DNA from: Candidatus Methylomirabilota bacterium
GTDB lineage: Bacteria; Methylomirabilota; Methylomirabilia; Rokubacteriales; CSP1-6
NCBI GenBank assembly: GCA_025922915.1
Contig: JAICGY010000045.1
Span: 1 to 16,199, forward strand
Direction: 5' to 3'
DNA length: 16,199 bases
Positions 1-8,772 of the stretch are shown in pieces. Both the position numbers and the translations under genes were made by a program. Every line of letters starts with the position of its first letter. Position 1 is the stretch's first letter. The notes beneath the pieces were generated by a model that was not told the DNA's origin, searched no databases, and worked only from the letters and a program-made list of their open reading frames with translations.

Positions 1-1244
1 AGCGCGAGGCGGCCAAGATCCCCGACGTGCCGGCCGACACGCCCGTGCGCGAGATCCGCAAGGCGGCGGTGATCGGCGCCGGGACGATGGGCGGCGGCAT
101 CGCCATGAACTTCGCCAACGTCGGCATCCCCGTCACCGTCGTCGAGGTGGGCCAGGAGCCGCTCGACCGCGGCCTCGCCGTCGTGCGCAAGAACTACGAG
201 GCGACCGCCTCCCGGGGGCGGCTCACCGCCGCCGACGTCGAGAAGCGCATGGGCCTCATCCAGGGCACCACCGACTGGAACGCCATCCGGGACGCCGACA
301 TCGTGATCGAGGCGGTGTTCGAGGAGATGCCGATCAAGAAGGAGGTCTTCGCCCGCCTCGACGGTCTGGCCAAGCCCGACGCGGTGCTCGCGACCAACAC
401 CTCCACCCTCGACGTCAACGAGATCGCCTCGGCCACCAGGCGGCCGGAGAGCGTGATCGGCATGCACTTCTTCAGCCCGGCCAACGTGATGCGGCTGCTC
501 GAGAACGTGCGGGGCGCGAAGTCGTCCAAGACGACCATCGCCACGGCCATGACGGTGGGACGCCGGATCAACAAGGTCCCCGTGCTGGTCGGCGTGTGCT
601 ACGGTTTCGTGGGCAACCGGATGCTCCACCAGCGCGGCATCCAGGCCGAGAAGCTCATCCTGGAGGGGGCCCTGCCCCACCAGGTCGACAAGGTCCTCAC
701 CGACTTCGGCTTCCCGATGGGCCCCTTCGCCATGGGCGACCTCGCCGGCCTGGACGTCGGCTGGCGCATCCGCAAGGGGCGCGGCGTGAAGTCGCCCGTC
801 GCCGACCGCATCTGCGAGCTCGGGCGGTTCGGCCAGAAGACCGGCGCCGGGTGGTACCGCTACGAGAAGGGCGACCGCACCCCCATCCCCGACCCCGACG
901 TCGAGAAGATCATCGTGGACGTGGCGACCCAGCAGGGCCTCACGCGCCGCCACCTCTCCGACGAGGAGATCCTGCAGCGCCTGCTCTACCCGATGGTCAA
1001 CGAGGGCGCGAAGATCCTCGAGGAGAAGATCGCCATCCGGGCCAGCGACATCGACGTGATCTGGGTGTACGGCTACGGCTGGCCCGTCTACCGCGGCGGC
1101 CCCATGTTCTGGGCCGACCAGATCGGCCTCAAGGCCCTGCGGGACCGCATGCGCGAGTTCAAGGAGCGGACCGGCGATGGTTTCTGGACGCCGGCACCTC
1201 TCCTCGACCGGCTCGCCGACGAAGGGAAGGGCTTCACGGCCTGA
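1..1244 (+). CDS. 3-hydroxyacyl-CoA dehydrogenase, probably the C-terminal half of a FadB/FadJ-type multifunctional fatty-acid oxidation protein; 5' partial, with the codon phase beginning at nt 3 and the first in-frame GTG at nt 27
   Basis: The translation carries the NAD-binding fingerprint AVIGAGTMGGGIA, the MHFFSPA motif, and two C-terminal 3HCDH-type helical domains. The 26 nt upstream of the GTG at nt 27 are in frame with no stop. They encode REAAKIPDVPADTPVREIRK, which resembles the FadB linker just before the dehydrogenase domain, so the window most likely begins inside a fused gene. The stop is TGA at 1242-1244. Confidence 0.85.
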   Translation, partial: REAAKIPDVPADTPVREIRKAAVIGAGTMGGGIAMNFANVGIPVTVVEVGQEPLDRGLAVVRKNYEATASRGRLTAADVEKRMGLIQGTTDWNAIRDADIVIEAVFEEMPIKKEVFARLDGLAKPDAVLATNTSTLDVNEIASATRRPESVIGMHFFSPANVMRLLENVRGAKSSKTTIATAMTVGRRINKVPVLVGVCYGFVGNRMLHQRGIQAEKLILEGALPHQVDKVLTDFGFPMGPFAMGDLAGLDVGWRIRKGRGVKSPVADRICELGRFGQKTGAGWYRYEKGDRTPIPDPDVEKIIVDVATQQGLTRRHLSDEEILQRLLYPMVNEGAKILEEKIAIRASDIDVIWVYGYGWPVYRGGPMFWADQIGLKALRDRMREFKERTGDGFWTPAPLLDRLADEGKGFTA

Positions 1245-1278
1245 CGTCCCGGGGGCGATCGGCTCCGGCGTCGCGATC

Positions 1279-1298
1279 GGCCGGGCCCGGCGGGCCGG
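1279..1298. terminator. GC-rich palindromic cluster between convergent genes, including a perfect 12-nt palindrome GCCGGGCCCGGC and GGCCC/GGGCC pairing; possible bidirectional terminator
   Basis: It lies in the 70-bp gap between the convergent 3' ends of the dehydrogenase gene (1244) and the PLD gene (1315). Self-complementary GC runs are visible directly. There is no U-tract, which is common in high-GC genomes. Confidence 0.3.
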
Positions 1299-1314
1299 TC
1301 ACGACGTCAGCCGA

Positions 1315-2568
1315 TCACAGCTGGTTCCGCAGCGGCAGGAAGAACCACTCGAACACGCGCCCGGCGCCCCGACGCCTCCACGCGTCGTACGTGACCTCGC
1401 GCGCGAACTCCAGATCCTCCCGGAAGACGTCGTCGAGACGCCCGGCGACGGTCGCATCGTAGAACGCGACGTTCAGCTCGTGATTGAGGGCGAATGATCG
1501 GTTGTCGAGGTTGGCGCTGCCGATGCTCGCCCACGTGCCGTCGATCACCAGGGTCTTGGCGTGCAGGAGCGCCGCCGTGTACTCGTAGACCTTCACCCCG
1601 CCCCGCAGCGCCGCGCCCAGCGCCTGCCGGCTCGCCACCCGGACGACGCGATCGACGGTGTTGTCGACCTGTCCGGCGATCAGCACCGACACCTTGACGC
1701 CGCGCCGGGCCGCGTTCACGAGCGCCTCGCTGATCCGCCGGTCGGGGACGAAGTACGGCGTCGTGATGTTGATCGACGATCGCGCCGACTCCAGGGACAG
1801 CAGGAAGAGGTTGTAGGCCTCCGAGCTGCCGCCCGCCGGCGAGCTCCTCACGCACTGCGCGACGACGTCGCCGCGGCGCGCCAGGTCCGGGAAGTACGCG
1901 TCGCCGCCCAGCAGCATGCCGGTCCGCTCGCGCCAGAGCTCGGCGAAGGCGGCCTGCAGATGGCGCACGATCGGCCCTTCCACCCGGACGTCGGTCTGGC
2001 GCCACCGCCCCGGCTGCCGGCCGTTGCCGGTCCACTTCGCACCGATCCCGGAGCCGCCCGTGAACCCGACGCGCCCGTCGATCACCAGGATTCGCCGATG
2101 CGTACGGCGATTCACCCGGCGCATGTCGAGCGGGTTGAGCGGACGGAAGCGCTCGACGTGGCATCCGGAGCGCCGAAGCGTCGTGCGGACATGGTCGGAC
2201 ATCCGGTGCGAGCCGACGGCGTCGACCAGCACGTTGACGCCGACACCGGCCCGGCAGCGCTCGGCCAGCGCGTTCGCCACCTCGTCGGCGAGCGGTCCGT
2301 CCTCGTAGAGGTAGGTCGTGAACGTGATCGTCGTGCGCGCGCGGCGGATGGCGGCCAGCATGGCGGGAAAGATCTCGTCGCCGTCGAGCAGGATCGTCGC
2401 GGCGTTGCCGGGAATACGCGGCGACAGCGTGTGCGCTTCGATCGTCCGCGCGAGCGACGCGTCACTGGCGGGGACGTCCGGGACGATGTAGTGTGGCCGC
2501 GGCTGGGCGCATCCCGCGACCGCCGGGAGCAGGAGAAGCAGCACCGCGAGCCTGGAAAACGGTTTCAT
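1315..2568 (-). CDS. Phospholipase D / cardiolipin synthase family lipoprotein (ClsB-like) with two HKD-type motifs
   Basis: The true start is the ATG at complement 2566-2568 (MKPFSRLAVLLLLLPAVAGC...). The N-terminus is a lipoprotein signal with lipobox VAGC. The second HKD motif is canonical (HAKTLVIDGTWASIGSANLDNRS). The first is degenerate (HRRILVIDGRVGFTGGSGI). The stop is TGA at 1315-1317. The listed 624-aa ORF over-extends upstream into non-homologous Arg/Ser-rich sequence. Confidence 0.8.
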   Translation of the reverse strand: MKPFSRLAVLLLLLPAVAGCAQPRPHYIVPDVPASDASLARTIEAHTLSPRIPGNAATILLDGDEIFPAMLAAIRRARTTITFTTYLYEDGPLADEVANALAERCRAGVGVNVLVDAVGSHRMSDHVRTTLRRSGCHVERFRPLNPLDMRRVNRRTHRRILVIDGRVGFTGGSGIGAKWTGNGRQPGRWRQTDVRVEGPIVRHLQAAFAELWRERTGMLLGGDAYFPDLARRGDVVAQCVRSSPAGGSSEAYNLFLLSLESARSSINITTPYFVPDRRISEALVNAARRGVKVSVLIAGQVDNTVDRVVRVASRQALGAALRGGVKVYEYTAALLHAKTLVIDGTWASIGSANLDNRSFALNHELNVAFYDATVAGRLDDVFREDLEFAREVTYDAWRRRGAGRVFEWFFLPLRNQL

Positions 2569-2797
2569 CGATCGGGCGGATCTCGGGCGCCGCCGCAACG
2601 GGGAGTGCAGGGGCACCGTACTGTCGAGCCACGCAATCCGCGCGCCAAAGCCTCGCACCGCCAGGTCGCTGACACATGCGGCACGGTCCAGGACAGCCGC
2701 CCTCGAGCCACCGATCGAGCCGCGATCACGTTTCGCCAAAAACAGCACATAGTTACATGGTGGGGGACCTCGAACCTCACGGGACCGTCGAGACGCC

Positions 2798-5700
2798 ATG
2801 CGCTGTCCGTCCTGCCAGGCCGAGAATCGCCCCGGCGTGAAGTTCTGCGAGCAGTGCGGCGCCCGCCTGGAAGGCGTCTGCCCCTCGTGCGGCGCGCCGG
2901 TGCCGCCCTCGAGCCGGTTCTGCGGGGAGTGCGGCGCCCCGCTCGGCCCCGCCTCCCCGCCGCTGCCCCGGGCGGCGCCCGCGGCGGCCGGGCCGGCGCC
3001 GTTCACGTCGCCGCGGGCGTACACGCCGGCCCACCTCGTGGAGCGCATCCTCAAGGACGGCGCGGCGCTCGTCGGAGAGCGCAAGCAGGTCACCGTGCTG
3101 TTCGCCGACGTGTCGGGATTCACGTCGCTGTCGGAACGGCTCGATCCCGAGGACGTGCACGGGCTCATCAACCGGGCGTTCGAGCTCATGCTCGCCGAGA
3201 TCCACCGCTACGAGGGCACGGTCAACCAGTTCCTCGGCGACGGCCTCATGGCCCTCTTCGGCGCGCCCCTCGCGCACGAGGATCACGCGCAGCGGGCGGC
3301 GCTGGCCGCGCTCGGCATGCAGGGGGCGCTCGCCCGCTTCCGGCAGGAGCTGCAGCGTACGCGCGGCGTGGAGTTTTGCGTCCGCATGGGCCTCAACACG
3401 GGGCTCGTGGTCGTCGGCGCCATCGGCGACAACCTCCGCATGGACTACACGGCGGTCGGCGACACCACCAACATCGCGGCCCGGATGCAGCAGCTCGCCG
3501 AGCCGGGACAGATCGTGGTCGCCGAGGGCACGGAACGGCTCATCGCGCCGTACTTCGACCTGCGGGCCCTCGGCACCTTCACGGTCAGGAACCGGACGCA
3601 GCCGGTGGCGGGGTGGGAGCTGGGGCCCGCGCGCGCCGGGGTGTCGCGACTCGCCGCGCGCGCTGCCCACGGGCTGTCGCCGTTCGTCGGACGCGACGAT
3701 GCGCTGGCGGCGCTCGAGCGGGCGTGGAGCGCGGCCCGCGCCGGGCGCGGCCAGGCCGTGCTCGTGGTGGGCGATCCGGGAATCGGGAAGTCACGGCTGC
3801 TGCTGGAATTCCGCCGGCACGTCGGCGGCGCCGCCGTCTGGATCGAGGGCGACTGCATCTCCTTCGGCCAGTCGGTGCCCTTCCTACCGATCGCCGCGAT
3901 GCTGCGCGCCCACCTCGGCATCGACGATCAGGACGACGAGCGCGCCATCGTGGGCAAGATCGAGCGCGGCGTCGGCTTCCTCGGCGAGGACGCGACGCGC
4001 GTGACGCCGTACCTGAGGTTCCTGCTCTCCGTGGATCCCGGCGATCCGGCGATGGCCACCGTGGACCCGCTGTTGCGCCGCGAGCGCATCATCGCGGCCG
4101 TCCTCGGCCTGCTCGCGGCCTGGAGCCGTCAGCGGCCGCTCGTGCTCGTGGTCGAGGACGCGCACTGGATCGACAGCGCCTCCGAGGATGTGCTGAAGGC
4201 CTTCATGGAGAGCCTCCCCGGCCTGGCCATCCTGCTCGTCATCACCTACCGGCCCGTCTATCAGCAGCCCTTCGGCGATCGGACCTACTACTCGCGCATC
4301 GCCCTCCAGCCGGTGGACGAGGACGACGCGGGGCGGATCGTCCGCACGACCCTCGGGGTGTCGGATGTCCCGCGCGAGCTCGGCGTGGCGATCGCCTCGC
4401 GGGCCGAAGGCAACCCGTTCTTCCTCGAGGAGCTCGGGCGCTCCCTCGTGGAGAGCGGCGCCGTGCACGCGGAGAACGGCCGCCTCGTGCTCGCGCAGCC
4501 CGTGGCGACGCTCGCGGTGCCGGAGACCGTGCAGGACGTCATCGCCGCGCGCATCGACCGTCTCGACGAGCCACAGAAGCGGACCGTGCAGACCGCGTCG
4601 GTCATCGGCCGCGAGTTCGGGCTGACCCTCCTGCGGCGCGTGTCCGCACTCCGCGACCAGCTCGAGCGGAGCCTGCGCGAGCTGAAGCGCATCGAGCTGA
4701 TCTACGAGAAGGCCGGCTTCGGCGAGCCGGAATACGTCTTCCGCCACGCGCTCACCCAGGACGTGGCGTACGCGTCGCTGCTGCAGGCCGAGCGTCGCCG
4801 GCTGCACGGCGTGATCGGCCTGGCGATCGAGGACCTGTACGCCGGCCGCCTCGAGCCGCGGACGGAAGCGCTCGTCTACCACTTCACCCGGGGCGAGGTC
4901 TGGGACAAGGTCGTCCGCTACGCGCGCGACGCCGCCGAGCGCGCCGCCGCCCTGTGCGTCGACGACAAGGCGATCGAGCACTACCGGACCGCCCTCGTCG
5001 CGCTCGGTCATCTGCCCGAGACGGACGCCCACGGGCGCGCCGGCGTCGAGATCCGGCTCGCCATGCGCGCGCCGCTCTGGCGGGCCGGCCGACCGGAGGA
5101 GCTGCACGCGCTCTTCACCGAGGCGGAAACCCTGGCCACGCGCTGGGGATTCGCCGACCCGCTCGACACCATCTATGCCTTCCTCGTGCAGTATCACTGG
5201 GCGCGGGGCGAGCAGGACCGCGCCCTGGAGTACGGCGGACGCTGTCTCGAGCGCGCGGCCACGCGCGGCGATCTGGGCCTGCGCGTCACCGGCCTCTACT
5301 ACATGGCGCACGCCTGCCTGACCCTCGGGCGCTTCGCCGACGTCGTGCGCCACGCCGACGAGATGCTCGGCCGCCTCGCCGGACGCGAGGGCGAGCGCTT
5401 CGGCCTGTCCGGGTTGCCGGCCGCGGGCGTCTGCACCGACGCCGCGCAGGCGCTCCTGGCCGTGGGCGACACCGAGCGCGCGTGGCACTACGCGCGTCGG
5501 GCGCGGGCCATCGCCGACGCCGCCGGCCACGTCTACAGTCAGATGGTCGTGGCCCAGATGGACGGAGTGCTCCTCGCCGGCACCGGGCGCATCGACGAGG
5601 CGATCGCCACCCTGGAAGCCACCGCCGCGACCTGTCGGGAGAAGAACTTCGTGGGGCAGCTCATCAACGCGCTCCACGGGCTGGGCATCGCCTACGCCGA

Positions 5701-6052
5701 GGCCGGCCGTCCCGCGGACGCGGTGCGCGCCGCTCGGGAGTCGATCGAGCTGCAGGAGCGAGCGCGCGTCTCGGTGAACCGGGCCGACAAGCTGGCCACG
5801 CTGGTGGCCCCGTACGCGGCCCTGGGCGACTTCGAGCGCGCGGAGGCGACGCTTCGCGAGGCGCTCCGCTACGCGGAGCGGCAGGGCGAGCGTCCCGGGG
5901 CAGCGCTGGCCCTGCTCGCCGGAGCCCGGCTGGCGCTGCGTCGCGGAGATCGGCCGGAAGCCGAGCGCCGCCTCGACGCCGCGCGGACGATCGCGCGCGA
6001 GCTGGGGATGCGCCCGCTCCTCGAGCGCGCGGAGCGCTGGTTGGCCCCTTGA
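2798..6052 (+). CDS. Multidomain signalling protein: N-terminal double zinc ribbon, class III adenylate/guanylate cyclase (CHD) domain, STAND/AAA_16 (MalT/AfsR-like) P-loop NTPase, and C-terminal TPR-like alpha-helical repeats
   Basis: Residues 1-50 have four CxxC pairs (CPSCQ...CEQCG...CPSCG...CGECG). Residues ~96-275 carry cyclase motifs: VTVLFADVSGFT, FLGDGLMALFGAP, GLNTGLVVVGAIGD and GDTTNIAARMQ. Walker A is VLVVGDPGIGKSRLL at aa ~325-335, and Walker B is LVLVVEDAHWID. The long Ala/Leu/Arg-rich helical C-terminus resembles TPR-like repeats. No LuxR HTH is evident at the C-terminus. Confidence 0.85.
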   Translation: MRCPSCQAENRPGVKFCEQCGARLEGVCPSCGAPVPPSSRFCGECGAPLGPASPPLPRAAPAAAGPAPFTSPRAYTPAHLVERILKDGAALVGERKQVTVLFADVSGFTSLSERLDPEDVHGLINRAFELMLAEIHRYEGTVNQFLGDGLMALFGAPLAHEDHAQRAALAALGMQGALARFRQELQRTRGVEFCVRMGLNTGLVVVGAIGDNLRMDYTAVGDTTNIAARMQQLAEPGQIVVAEGTERLIAPYFDLRALGTFTVRNRTQPVAGWELGPARAGVSRLAARAAHGLSPFVGRDDALAALERAWSAARAGRGQAVLVVGDPGIGKSRLLLEFRRHVGGAAVWIEGDCISFGQSVPFLPIAAMLRAHLGIDDQDDERAIVGKIERGVGFLGEDATRVTPYLRFLLSVDPGDPAMATVDPLLRRERIIAAVLGLLAAWSRQRPLVLVVEDAHWIDSASEDVLKAFMESLPGLAILLVITYRPVYQQPFGDRTYYSRIALQPVDEDDAGRIVRTTLGVSDVPRELGVAIASRAEGNPFFLEELGRSLVESGAVHAENGRLVLAQPVATLAVPETVQDVIAARIDRLDEPQKRTVQTASVIGREFGLTLLRRVSALRDQLERSLRELKRIELIYEKAGFGEPEYVFRHALTQDVAYASLLQAERRRLHGVIGLAIEDLYAGRLEPRTEALVYHFTRGEVWDKVVRYARDAAERAAALCVDDKAIEHYRTALVALGHLPETDAHGRAGVEIRLAMRAPLWRAGRPEELHALFTEAETLATRWGFADPLDTIYAFLVQYHWARGEQDRALEYGGRCLERAATRGDLGLRVTGLYYMAHACLTLGRFADVVRHADEMLGRLAGREGERFGLSGLPAAGVCTDAAQALLAVGDTERAWHYARRARAIADAAGHVYSQMVVAQMDGVLLAGTGRIDEAIATLEATAATCREKNFVGQLINALHGLGIAYAEAGRPADAVRAARESIELQERARVSVNRADKLATLVAPYAALGDFERAEATLREALRYAERQGERPGAALALLAGARLALRRGDRPEAERRLDAARTIARELGMRPLLERAERWLAP

Positions 6053-6109
6053 CCGTCGCCAAACGGCGAGCACGTCACCGCTCGGGCCGCGCCTGACCCG
6101 GCGCCCCGC

Positions 6110-6124
6110 CCCGGCCCGGCCCGG
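6110..6124. repeat. Short tandem repeat (CCCGG)x3, preceded by CCCCG and CCCCGG variants, in a convergent intergenic region
   Basis: Read directly: cccgg cccgg cccgg at 6110-6124. It sits between the 3' end of the cyclase-STAND gene (6052) and the 3' end of the PLP-enzyme gene (6149). Confidence 0.5.
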
Positions 6125-6148
6125 CGACGGTCTTCGGGCGAGGGCGCC

Positions 6149-7360
6149 CTACGCGTCGCTGAACGCGCGGTCGAGGGCCTGCGCGAGGTCGGCGATGAGG
6201 TCGTCCGCGTCCTCGATGCCGACGGAGTACCGGATCAGGTTGTCCTTGATGCCGATCTGCAGTCGCTCCTCGGTCGTCAGCTCGTAGAAGCTCATGAGCG
6301 CCGGCTGCTCGACGAGGCTCTCCACGCCGCCCAGGGAGACGGCCAGGTGCGGGATGGTGCAGGCGTCGACCACGCGGGTGGCGGCGTCCAGATCGCCACG
6401 CACCTCGAACGAGACGACGCCGCCGCAGCCGCGCATCTGCCGCCGGGCGACGTCGTGCTCCCGGTGGGTCGGCAGCCCCGGGTAGTGGACGGCGCCGACG
6501 CGCGGGTGGGCGGCGAGGAACTCGGCGATGGCCTGGGCGTTCGCGTTCTGGCGCTCCATGCGCAGCGCGAAGGTCTTGATCCCGCGGATCAGCAGGTAGG
6601 CCGCGAAGGGATCCACGATGGCGCCCGTGATGCCCTGCATGCCCCGGATGGCGTCGACCAGCTCGCGCGCGCCCAGGACCGCGCCCGCGAGCAGGTCGTT
6701 GTGGCCGCCCAGGTACTTGGTGGCCGAGTGCATGACGAGGTCGACGCCCCACTCCAGCGGGCGGACGTTGTAGGGCGTGGCGAAGGTCGCGTCGATGACC
6801 GTCTTCACGCGGTGCCGGCGCCCGATGGCCGCGAAACGCTCGAGGTCGAGGACGCGGTTGTAGGGTGTGGTCGCCGACTCGCTCAGCAGCACCCGGGTCG
6901 TGGGCCGGATCGCGTCCTCGAGCGCCTCGTAGTCCCCCGCCGGCACGGTCGACACCTCGATGCCGTAGCGGTGCAGCGTCTGGTTGAGGAACTGCCGCGT
7001 GCGCCGGTAGCTGTCGTCGGTGACGACGACGTGGGCGCCGCGCGACAGCATGGCGAACAGCGCCGTCGTCATCGCCGCCATGCCGCTGGCGAAGAGCAGG
7101 CAGTCGCCGGCGCCCTCCAGCGCCGCCAGCTTGGCCTCGGCGATGCGCTGGGTGGGATTGCCGTACCGCCCGTACTCGACGCGCTCGATCTTGCCGTCGA
7201 AGTGGTCCTTGAGCTCCTGGGTGTCCGCGAACGTGTAGGTGGCCGTCTGCACGATCGGCGTGGCCAGGGCATGGGCCGGCTTGGGCCGCGGCTCCCCTCC
7301 GTGGACCGACAGCGTGCTGGGGCCGAGCGGCTTGCGGGGCGGGTCGATGCGCTCGCTCAT
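6149..7360 (-). CDS. Cys/Met-metabolism PLP-dependent enzyme (cystathionine gamma-synthase / cystathionine beta-lyase / O-succinylhomoserine sulfhydrylase family)
   Basis: The 403-aa product starts MSERIDPP at the ATG at complement 7358-7360. The PLP-lysine motif is HSATKYLGGH. Fold-type I Cys/Met family signatures DATFATP and GIEDADDLIADL are present. The stop is TAG at 6149-6151. The listed 877-aa ORF is an in-frame read-through into the non-coding shadow of thrC. Confidence 0.85.
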   Translation of the reverse strand: MSERIDPPRKPLGPSTLSVHGGEPRPKPAHALATPIVQTATYTFADTQELKDHFDGKIERVEYGRYGNPTQRIAEAKLAALEGAGDCLLFASGMAAMTTALFAMLSRGAHVVVTDDSYRRTRQFLNQTLHRYGIEVSTVPAGDYEALEDAIRPTTRVLLSESATTPYNRVLDLERFAAIGRRHRVKTVIDATFATPYNVRPLEWGVDLVMHSATKYLGGHNDLLAGAVLGARELVDAIRGMQGITGAIVDPFAAYLLIRGIKTFALRMERQNANAQAIAEFLAAHPRVGAVHYPGLPTHREHDVARRQMRGCGGVVSFEVRGDLDAATRVVDACTIPHLAVSLGGVESLVEQPALMSFYELTTEERLQIGIKDNLIRYSVGIEDADDLIADLAQALDRAFSDA

Positions 7361-8706
7361 CAGGACACCAGCAGCCGGGACTTCTCGACGTGGCGTGCGA
7401 TGGCCCGGGCCACGCGCTTGGGGTCGGCCGGCATCTCCACGGGCTTCGCCCGGTGCGTGGCCTTGATACCCTCGAGTGCGCCCATGTGGTAGGCGGCCTT
7501 CTGGTCGGCGAACTTCAGCCCGTTGGCGGTCGAGATGACGACCACGCGCTCGCCGGAGCGGATCACCTTGCGGTCGACCAGCTTGCGCAGGGCGGCCAGC
7601 GCCACGCCCGTGTGCGGGCAGTTGAACATGCCGGTGCGATCGGCGCGCGCGGCCTCGTCGGCCAGCTCCTGCTCGGTGGCCTGCTCGACGACCCCGTTGA
7701 ACCGCTGCAGGGTCCGGATCGCGCGCGTGACACTCACCGGGTTGCCGATCTGGATGGCCATGGCCAGGGTCGGCTGGGCGGTGACGGGCTCGAAGCGCTT
7801 GAAGTCCTCCAGGAAGGACCGGTAGAGCGGGTTGGCGCGCTCGGCCTGGGCCAGGCAGATGCGCGGCAGCCGGTTGACGAGCCCGAGCTCCTGCATCATG
7901 AGGAAGCCCTGCCCGAGCGCGTGGACGTTGCCGAGGTTGCCGCCCGGGATGACGATCCAGTCCGGCACCTCCCAGTCGAACTGCTGGACGATCTCGATGG
8001 CGACGGTCTTCTGGCCCTCGAGGCGCAGGCTGTTCATCGAGTTGGCCAGGTAGATGCGCTTCTCCTTCGTGATCTCCTGGACGACGGCCATGCAGCCGTC
8101 GAAGTCCGTGTCGAGCGAGAGCACGAGGGCGCCGTTGGCGAGCGGCTGCACGAGCTGGGCGATCGAGACCTTGTCGCGCGGCAGCAGGACGACGGCCGGG
8201 ATGCCGGCCGCCGCGCAGTAGGCCCCCAGCGCCGCCGACGTGTCGCCGGTGGAAGCGCAGGCGACGGCGTCGAGCGGGACCCCCGTCGCCATCATCTCCT
8301 TCACCACCGACACCAGCACCGTCATGCCGAGGTCCTTGAACGACCCCGTGTGGGAGTTGCCACACTGCTTGATCCAGAGGTCCTCGACGCGGAGCGACTT
8401 GCCGTAGCGGTCGGCCCAGAGCAGGTTCGAGTTGCCCTCGTACATCGACACGATGTTCTCGTTGTCGATGAAGGGCACCACCCACTCCTTCTTGCCCCAG
8501 ACGCCGGAGCCGTAGGGATAGGCGTTGCGCCGGTAGCGGTCCTCGAAGAGCTGGATCCAGCCGGCCGCCGAGCGCGAGCGCAGGGCCTCCATGTCGTGCT
8601 GGACCTCCAGGAGGTCGCCGCAGGTCGGGCAGCGGTAGATGACCTCCCGGAGGTCGAACTGGCCCGGGCAGCCATTGATGCACGCAAACCACGCGTTGTA
8701 GGCCAT
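7360..8706 (-). CDS. thrC: Threonine synthase (long form with an N-terminal Cys-rich zinc-ribbon-like segment)
   Basis: The 448-aa product starts [17 protein letters not shown] at the ATG at complement 8704-8706. The PLP-binding motif is GSFKDLGMT. It contains the glycine-rich PLP-phosphate loop [15 protein letters not shown], and other threonine synthase fingerprints. The TGA stop at complement 7360-7362 overlaps the downstream ATG, giving TGATG. Confidence 0.9.
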   Translation of the reverse strand: MAYNAWFACINGCPGQFDLREVIYRCPTCGDLLEVQHDMEALRSRSAAGWIQLFEDRYRRNAYPYGSGVWGKKEWVVPFIDNENIVSMYEGNSNLLWADRYGKSLRVEDLWIKQCGNSHTGSFKDLGMTVLVSVVKEMMATGVPLDAVACASTGDTSAALGAYCAAAGIPAVVLLPRDKVSIAQLVQPLANGALVLSLDTDFDGCMAVVQEITKEKRIYLANSMNSLRLEGQKTVAIEIVQQFDWEVPDWIVIPGGNLGNVHALGQGFLMMQELGLVNRLPRICLAQAERANPLYRSFLEDFKRFEPVTAQPTLAMAIQIGNPVSVTRAIRTLQRFNGVVEQATEQELADEAARADRTGMFNCPHTGVALAALRKLVDRKVIRSGERVVVISTANGLKFADQKAAYHMGALEGIKATHRAKPVEMPADPKRVARAIARHVEKSRLLVS

Positions 8707-8772
8707 GCCGGGACCAGTATAGCCCGCCGGGCCGGCTTGACAGCCCGCGGCGGGCGGCCCGATGATCCCGCC
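8707..8772. promoter_or_regulatory. Divergent promoter region. A near-consensus -10 TATACT on the minus strand (8716-8721) lies 9 nt from the thrC ATG. On the plus strand, TTGACA (8737-8742) is followed 18 nt later by GATGAT (8761-8766), placing a start near the ATG at 8773. Both genes may be leaderless or have very short leaders.
   Basis: The hexamers were read directly from the sequence. No recognisable Shine-Dalgarno precedes either start codon. Confidence 0.35.

Noticed and set aside
596-1462. 288-aa plus-strand and other overlapping ORFs inside the 3-hydroxyacyl-CoA dehydrogenase gene
   Set aside because: They are Pro/Arg-rich off-frame translations inside a gene with strong domain evidence.
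1315-3189. 624-aa minus-strand ORF as listed for the PLD gene
   Set aside because: Only the C-terminal 418 aa (from the ATG at 2566-2568) show PLD homology and a lipoprotein signal. The upstream 207 codons are low-complexity read-through across the divergent promoter region and overlap the start of the 2798.. gene.
1561-6096. 1511-aa plus-strand ORF spanning the PLD gene antisense and the cyclase-STAND gene out of frame
   Set aside because: The composition is extremely Arg/Pro/Gly-rich and low-complexity, with no recognisable domains. It overlaps two well-supported genes (the PLD gene on the opposite strand, and the 2798..6052 gene in another frame). This is the classic high-GC shadow ORF, where stop codons are rare in off-frames.
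6053-6148. Rho-independent terminator after the cyclase-STAND gene
   Set aside because: Only weak 5-bp stems (TCGCC-aaac-GGCGA, GCCCG...CGGGC) and the (CCCGG)3 microsatellite are present. There is no convincing hairpin, so this is reported only as a repeat.
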